From the NCBI RefSeq assembly GCF_009914755.1, contig NC_060936.1: a stretch of 64,000 nucleotides of DNA; one strand, 5' to 3'. The DNA is from the human T2T-CHM13v2.0 reference genome, Homo sapiens. Both the position numbers and the translations under genes were made by a program. Under the pieces are notes generated by a model that was not told the DNA's origin, did not search any database, and was given only the letters and a program-made list of their open reading frames with translations. This document shows, piece after piece, positions 1 through 64,000 of this stretch; the first letter of the stretch is position 1, and every line of letters starts with the position of its first letter.

Positions 1-11
1 AAAAAAAAAAA

Positions 12-481
12 AGAAATTACAGTTTAGAGGTCATGCAGCCTCTGGCTCCAAGAGTCTGAACCTCCCCAAATTGCTCCTGGGGATAACATCACTGCTGTAA
101 AACCTAAGATCAGTAATTGAGTTATTTTGCAGGCCCTGCACTCCATGGGATCAGCTGACACCACACAGACCAGTCATCTGGCCCAACCAGTTCTGCCATC
201 TCACCCAGGAACAGAAGACATTAAGAAAATCTAACTTCGACCCTCTATGATTCCATCTCCAACCTGAGCAATCAGCACTCCCCACTTCCCAAGCCCCTAC
301 CTGCCAAATTATCTTTAAAAACTCTGATCCACGAAGGCTCAAGGATTTAAGTAATAATAAAACTCCAGTCTCCCGCACAGCCGGCTCTGCGTGAATTACT
401 CTTTTGCCATTGCAGTTCCCCTGTCTTGATAAATCGGCTCTGTCTAGGCAGCAAGCAAGGTGAATCCATTGGGTGGTTACA
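12..481 (+). mobile_element. ERV1 LTR, LTR8-type (3' part; truncated at window edge by an A-tail)
   Basis: Resembles LTR8 consensus as recalled; CCAAT-like, TTTAAAA and AATAAA elements; ends GGTTACA; homologous to 10853-11908 on the opposite strand. Confidence 0.85.
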
Positions 482-647
482 AAACGGGGTCTCACTATGT
501 TGCCCAGGCTGGTCTCAAACTCTTGGGCTCAAGCAATCCTCCAGCTTCTGACTCCCAAAAGCTGGGATTATAGGCATGAGCCACTGCACTTAGACTAATT
601 TATATTTTAGGTGACTTCTAAGTATTACCATCATAAAGAACACTGTG

Positions 648-960
648 GGCTGGGCACGGTGGCTCATACCTGTAATCCCAGCACTTTGGGAGGCTGAGGT
701 GGTCCCTGGAGCTCAGGAGTTCGAGACTAGCCTGGGCAACATGGTGAAACCCTGTCTCTATTAAAAATACAAAACAATTAGCCAGGAGTGTTGGTGCCTA
801 CCTGTGGTCCCAGCTACTCAGGAGGTGGAGGTGGGAGGATCGCTTGAGCCCAGGAGGTCAAAGCTGCAGTGGGCTGAGATTGTGCCACTGCACTCCAGCC
901 TGGGTGATAAAGTGAGACTCTACTTCAAAAAAATAAAAAATAAAGAAAAGAAAAAAAAGA
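648..960 (+). mobile_element. Alu
   Basis: Dimeric Alu with A-tail. Confidence 0.9.
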
Positions 961-1142
961 AAGAACAGTGTGAAAAAACTCAGTGTTACACTTGTGCATA
1001 CATGCATGCTGTCCTTTTTTTCCTCATTAAGAAACATTTCCAGAGTAGGAGTTGCTGAGTGAAAGAATATGCAAATCTCAAAGGCTTTGGTGTGTATTAC
1101 AAAATTGCCATGAGAAAGTTATCCACATTCTATTTTCTCTAG

Positions 1143-1499
<357 letters not shown>

Positions 1500-1876
1500 A
1501 AGTTTACTGCTTTTCTATTGAAACTGTTCTCATACCCGTGTTCCCAACTACACCTTAATTGAATAATAAAAGAAAATAAGGACATTAAATGAGAACAGGA
1601 ATTGGAATGAGACCAGAAAAAAAGGGAGGAGTTCAAAATATGTTCTGAGAGCTTTACCATTATGAATACTCAGCTCTGGTTTTCCCCCAAAACTGGCTGA
1701 ACCAGTATGGATGTTCCAGGCAGAAACAACTTTAAAGAAGTGAATAGTGGCCCTACCCTGGTCCACCACCTAACCTGGTGGTTACAGAAGGAGGAACACA
1801 GTCCTCCTGTGTTCCAGGTGCCAGGAGGTGACTGACTATAGCATCAGTCATCACTGCACACCCTACCTGGAATTAG

Positions 1877-1884
1877 TATATAAA
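1877..1884 (+). promoter_or_regulatory. A2ML1: TATA box of A2ML1 (TSS expected about 1905-1912)
   Basis: TATATAAAG 64 bp upstream of the ATG, preceded by a CACACCC (KLF-type) box at about 1857-1863. Confidence 0.85.
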
Positions 1885-1940
1885 GCTACGCGGAGCGATC
1901 TCTGCCCCTGACCCTGGAAAAATCTGTCTCACCCACAAAG

Positions 1941-53284
<51,344 letters not shown>

Positions 53285-53370
53285 GGTAAGTCCAGCGGAG
53301 AAATGGGTGGAGTTATGGGTTAGGGTGGCAGAAGTTAAGAGGAGCCTCTTTTCGAGTTACTGTCATTGTC

Positions 53371-53687
<317 letters not shown>

Positions 53688-53712
53688 TGAGCTTTCCTTT
53701 TTTGTCTTAAAC

Positions 53713-54025
<313 letters not shown>

Positions 54026-54663
54026 TGAAAATAGTTTACAGAAGAAAAAGCTAATCTTGGTATTAAAACAATACTTTTTTCTATCAGATTGAAAATGGAT
54101 TGATTTTTCCTGATATTTTTACATGATACATCTTTGTTATATGAAAATACTAAGACAAAAGTAAAGGTTACCTGATTCTACACCTGTGAGATAACACTAT
54201 TAATAATCCAACTGTGCATTTGTGAGATTTTTTTGTATATATATAGAGAGGTCAAGTATCCTCTATGTATGTAATGAGCTTCTGAGTATCACAGTGTCTT
54301 CTATTTTTTGTTTGATTGTTCGCTTTTCAGGATAGGAGCTGGAAACTCAATTAGTCCTCTGTGACATTACTGGAGGGTGGAACATTCTTCTGTCGCTTGA
54401 AGCAGAACTCATTCAATCAAATAATTTAATTTCTCTGACTAGTATATGGGTAACAAATGAATATGTCTGAACCTCAGCTATAATACTTTCTACTACCTTT
54501 GCAAGGAGATGGGATAGGAACAATCACTCAGAGGAGGCGTTGCATGGACAGGGTCATAGGGGGAAGAAAGGTGGTTTAGCTGTTTTATTTAGCCATTCAG
54601 GGGGCTCTCCAGAGAGGAGACGGTGGTAGAGGGTGAACTAGAGAAGATAAGAATGTCTTCCTA

Positions 54664-54972
54664 GGCCGGATGCGGTGGCTCACGCCTGTAATCCCAGCAC
54701 TTTGGGATTGCGAGGTGGGCGGATCACTTGAGGTCAGGAGTTCAAGACCAGCCTGGCCAACATGGTAAAACCCGTCTCTACTAACAATACAAAAATTAGC
54801 CTGGTGTGGTGGCACGGGCCTGTAATCGCAGCCCCTTGGAAGGCCAAGGCAGGAGAATCGCCTCAACACTGGAGGTGGAGGTTGCAGTGAGCTGAGATTG
54901 TGCCACTGCACTCCAGCCTGGGCAATGAGGCAAGACCCTGTCTCAAAAAATAATAAATAATAATAATAATAA
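54664..54972 (+). mobile_element. Alu in A2ML1 3' UTR
   Basis: Alu consensus match with (AAT)n tail. Confidence 0.92.
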
Positions 54973-55035
54973 TGTTTTTCTAGAGTTTCAGTCTAAGGGA
55001 AAATGTGATTTAGGGCTTTGGAAATTGGCTAAAAA

Positions 55036-55041
55036 AATAAA
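55036..55041 (+). terminator. Polyadenylation signal AATAAA
   Basis: AATAAA followed about 20 nt later by a GU/U-rich tract (tgtgcatttagttct). Confidence 0.7.
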
Positions 55042-55599
55042 AATGGAAAAGAAAATCTGTGCATTTAGTTCTATGCATATTTCTTTGGAAACCAAAAGTT
55101 CTTTTAAAGATGATGATCATCCTTTCCCCCAAAACTCACAATTTGGTTTCTTCCTTAAACCTTTTAACCCAGACTTCTCAAAGAATCATCTTAAAGATGT
55201 GAGGACAGGTTAGAATAGAGAATTTTAATTATGGGGCTCTGCTCAACCAGCCCACTACTGCAGGGCAAACAGTGATTGATTACAAGAAAAGTGGCTGGCC
55301 AGAATGCCGTTTCCATCTCTCTCGGTTTCTCTTCTGCATGATTCTCCCAACCTCTCCCCACATGGGCTATCTATCACCTATCACCGTGCAAGCACTTCCT
55401 CAGAGGAATGCTTTTGTTTTGGAAACAGGTTTGGAGGCAAAGGGATAAGGGAAGTAAGATGAATGATATTTAACAGAAAAGATTCTCTAGGCAATTACAC
55501 CCTTTTATCCTGGGTATCCACTGGATCCATTATGCTCCCCTTGATTGCAAATTCTGACTGAAAAGTCAGGGAAAATAAGTACATTCTACAAAAATAAAA

Positions 55600-58682
<3,083 letters not shown>

Positions 58683-59389
58683 TCAGTGTACTCATGGATT
58701 ATGTGTGTGTATGTGTGGGGCGGGGTGGGGGCGTGGGTAGTGTCTCCTCAAAGTTAGACTGGGAAACAGAGATTGGATAATGACTTGCTTTTCAGAAAGA
58801 TCATTCTAGCAGTAATGTGAAGAATGGGGTGGAGAAGAAGAAAGCCGAAGTCCTTGAAACCATTTAGGAGACTGCTACAGTTATCCAGGTAAAAGCTGGT
58901 GAACGGGGAGTGGGAGGGGGAGGAGGGGACACTCAGCAGCTACTCAGCTTAGCTGATAGAATCAGGAAGACTTACTGACATCAAAGACAAAACGTACCAG
59001 ACAATTACACAGGTGGTTTTATTCGGGCCATTGCAATCAAGAACACATGTTCATTAATTAATAACATCTCAGAGAAAAGGAAGGGGACCTGAGGTTTCAT
59101 AGAGGCAGCAAACAAAAGAGTCATACATGGATCTTATGGGAGCCATAATGAAGGATGGAGATGAGGCTTTTTATGGAATATGTGTGAGCAGAGTGATTCT
59201 TTGCAGTTAGCTTTTTTGTTGGAACACAAAAGGTTGGAGGGTTTTGGAAAACAACACGATGGGTAAATTTCTTAACTGACCTGTTTTACAGAAGCACAGG
59301 GCTCAGGTGGTTCACCAGTGTCAGAGACTAAGTGAATGCAAGAAAGGAGAGTAAGGGAAGAGGCTGGGAAGACTGCCAGAATTCTAGAC

Positions 59390-59916
59390 TGTGGATTACA
59401 TACAGGAGAAAAACCTTTTCCTCTACCTGTTAGGTTTAGTATACGGGGCCTGCAAATGAAACCGAGAAAAGACAGATGAAAGGGAAAGGCTTATTTCACA
59501 AGCATGTGACAACTTCACAGGGAAGAAGTGAAAATAAGAGAAGCAATGAGGAATGGGGGCTTATATGCCATTTTAACAAAGGACAAGTTGTGGAAACATT
59601 AACAAGACCAAGGAAGTGAGATCTGGGCATTTGGGGCAGTAAGTTATGGGAAGGTAAATATATCGGAGGCACTAATGGAAGATAATGACCATTTTAGTAA
59701 GATTTGTTTACGCAGATTCAAGTTGGTGCTGACTTTCTGTCTCTTGTCATATAAGTTATTCTCCTTCTCCTGATATGGGAGAGGGGGAGAGAGACACTTT
59801 CCTTCATAAGGGGAAATTTATATCCTGCTTTTAAGTGTTTCTTAATTGCCTTCCAGCACAAAATCCTACTTATGCCAAAGTGGCACAATTTGGACTGGCA
59901 TATTTTGATCCCTTTT
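59390..59916 (-). mobile_element. MER34-like ERV1 LTR
   Basis: Reverse strand begins gggatcaaaatatgcca...gccactttggcataag. Confidence 0.55.
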
Positions 59917-60001
59917 AACTGGGTGGATGGTGCCATCCATGCAGGTACAGATATAGAAAGAGAGAAAATAGTGTGTTCAGTTTACTACATTAAGTTTGAG
60001 T

Positions 60002-60404
<403 letters not shown>

Positions 60405-61710
60405 TTAGCAGCAAATAAGTAGTGAGAAGCCAAGAGTGTTGAGGACTAGCTAGGGAACAGGAAATGAGAAGAGGAGAGACTGAAAGGGAGTGCCAACATT
60501 TCAACAGCAAAGGAAGAGAAGGGACTTCAGAACCCAGGATCTCACCAATATTTCTTCCCATAACAATGGCCTCTTGAAGGCTTTCCCTTCTCCTACCTCC
60601 CCCTTGAATCCCCGCCTTCATCAAGGATTTGGTAGGAAGTGGAAAGGAACCAGTATCAGAAAAGAATCCTACTTTTTTTTCTTTCTAAGAATCCTACCTT
60701 AATAAGCAAAATATGTCACATTTGGAGCACAGAGAACTTTCTATCCTTCTTCCTGTAGCCCTGTTGAAATATTTATCATATCTCATCCAGACTGTTGCAA
60801 AAACCCAGTTGCTGCCCCTTCTATGTCAGAACATTCCTCCACCCCTATGTCTATTATTTTATTTTACATATTCTCTATACACAAGGCTGCCTCTATTCAA
60901 CTAACCCTTAGAATTGTGTCAGGTGATGTACTGCCAGCTATTTAAAATCTGGGCCAGGTGCAGTGGCTCCCACCTGTAGTCCCAGCACTTTGGGAAGTTG
61001 AGGAAGGAGGATCACTTGAGCCCAGAAGTTCAAGACCAGCCTGGACAACATAGCAAGACCCAATCTCATTCTTTTTAAAAAATAAAATCCTAATCTGATT
61101 ATGACATTCATTTGCTTAAAACCCTTCAGGGGCTGTTAGGGGTAAAGTTCTATTCCTGTTCATGGCATAGCAGACTTTCATGACTATTTTCTTCCTGCCC
61201 CCTCCCCGCCAGCTCCATCTTCGGCCTTTGACCCTCACACTTCAGGAACACGGAACATTTGGTTCCCAATTTCCACTAAAATCTCCGATAACTTTCAAAG
61301 ATGCTTTCTATCATGCTTGAAAAGCTTTTCTCTCTTCTGCTTGGAGGACTTCCACTGGTCCTTCAAGGAATGGCCTCCAAGGTGTGTTTCCTACTCTGGC
61401 AAGGCTTCCTTAAGAGCTCTTTGCTCCTACAGCACCTGTGATTCCAGCGGAGGATTTACCAAGCTGGGTTCCTGTTTTCTGTTGACCCTCCCATCTCCCC
61501 CATCAGAGTGTAAGATCTCTGGAAAGCTGGACCCTGTGCTGGGTGCTTCCAACTCCCCACCACCACACCCCATTATCTATTCTCTTTATCACTGACAAAA
61601 AGTACAATTTTATTTGGAGCAGCCACGTGCCCAACTAAAATCGTCACCTTCTCAGAATCGCTTGCAGTTAGGTTTGGCCATGTGGCAGAATTCCAGCCTA
61701 CAAAAAGTAA

Positions 61711-62457
<747 letters not shown>

Positions 62458-62529
62458 TGATTCTGGATTGACTTTCTTTTGAAATTCTTTTTTTTATTTT
62501 TTGTTTTTTTTTGTTTTGTTTTTTTTTAA

Positions 62530-63330
<801 letters not shown>

Positions 63331-63603
63331 GTGAAATTCTTTATATGTCTAGATCAGAGGACTTTGTGAGATTTTCAGACTTGCAAAAAGTTCAGAATAA
63401 ACTTCAGTACCGCAAATATCTTCTTCAGTCTATGGGTTGCCTTCTCACTCTTTCAATAATGTCTTTTGGTGAACAAAAGTTCTTAATTTTAATATAGTTC
63501 AAGTGAGTGATTTTATTATTCTATTTAAGAATCTTGCCTGGGTGTGGTGGCTCACATCTGTATTCCTAGCACTTTGGGAGGTTGAGGTGGGAGGATTACT
63601 TGA

Positions 63604-64000
<397 letters not shown>

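Larger units (their letters stand above)
54331..55057 (+). other. A2ML1: A2ML1 exon 36, non-coding 3' UTR (3' end approximate)
   Basis: Acceptor cgcttttcag|GAT follows the donor placed 1 nt after the stop; AATAAA at 55036. Confidence 0.8.

Noticed and set aside
54952-54957. AATAAA in the 3' UTR Alu tail as the main polyA signal
   Set aside because: Lies in a simple (AAT)n tail; the 55036 signal with a downstream GU-rich tract is a better fit, though minor use is not excluded

Overview
Human (primate) genomic DNA containing the complete A2ML1 gene (alpha-2-macroglobulin-like 1, a thioester protease inhibitor) on the + strand. I reconstructed it by hand: TATA box at 1877, 35 coding exons from ATG 1941 to TGA 53284, and a non-coding exon 36 (54331 to about 55057). 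All introns are GT-AG with consistent phases, and the CDS is 4365 nt (1454 aa). The protein has a signal peptide, a bait region, the GCGEQ thioester (C970) and a C3/C4B-like His1084. The rest is repeat-dense intronic or intergenic DNA: more than 60 Alus, L1MA/L1PB/L1PA pieces, two oppositely oriented LTR8 elements, MER33/Charlie1/MLT1/MIR remnants and microsatellites. Repeat names come from recall of consensus sequences and repeat boundaries are approximate. Almost all non-exonic ORFs in the supplied track are Alu or L1 artefacts. I cannot claim a new biological system. The best leads are: (1) an intronic ATG|GT first exon that would give a 963-aa leaderless isoform; (2) an Alu-derived alternative terminal exon within inverted Alus; (3) a collapsed LTR8 provirus pointing antisense toward the promoter; (4) splice-site micro-variation, namely a NAGNAG in the bait region and a duplicated acceptor at exon 15; (5) a 21-bp templated duplication bracketing exons 31-32.
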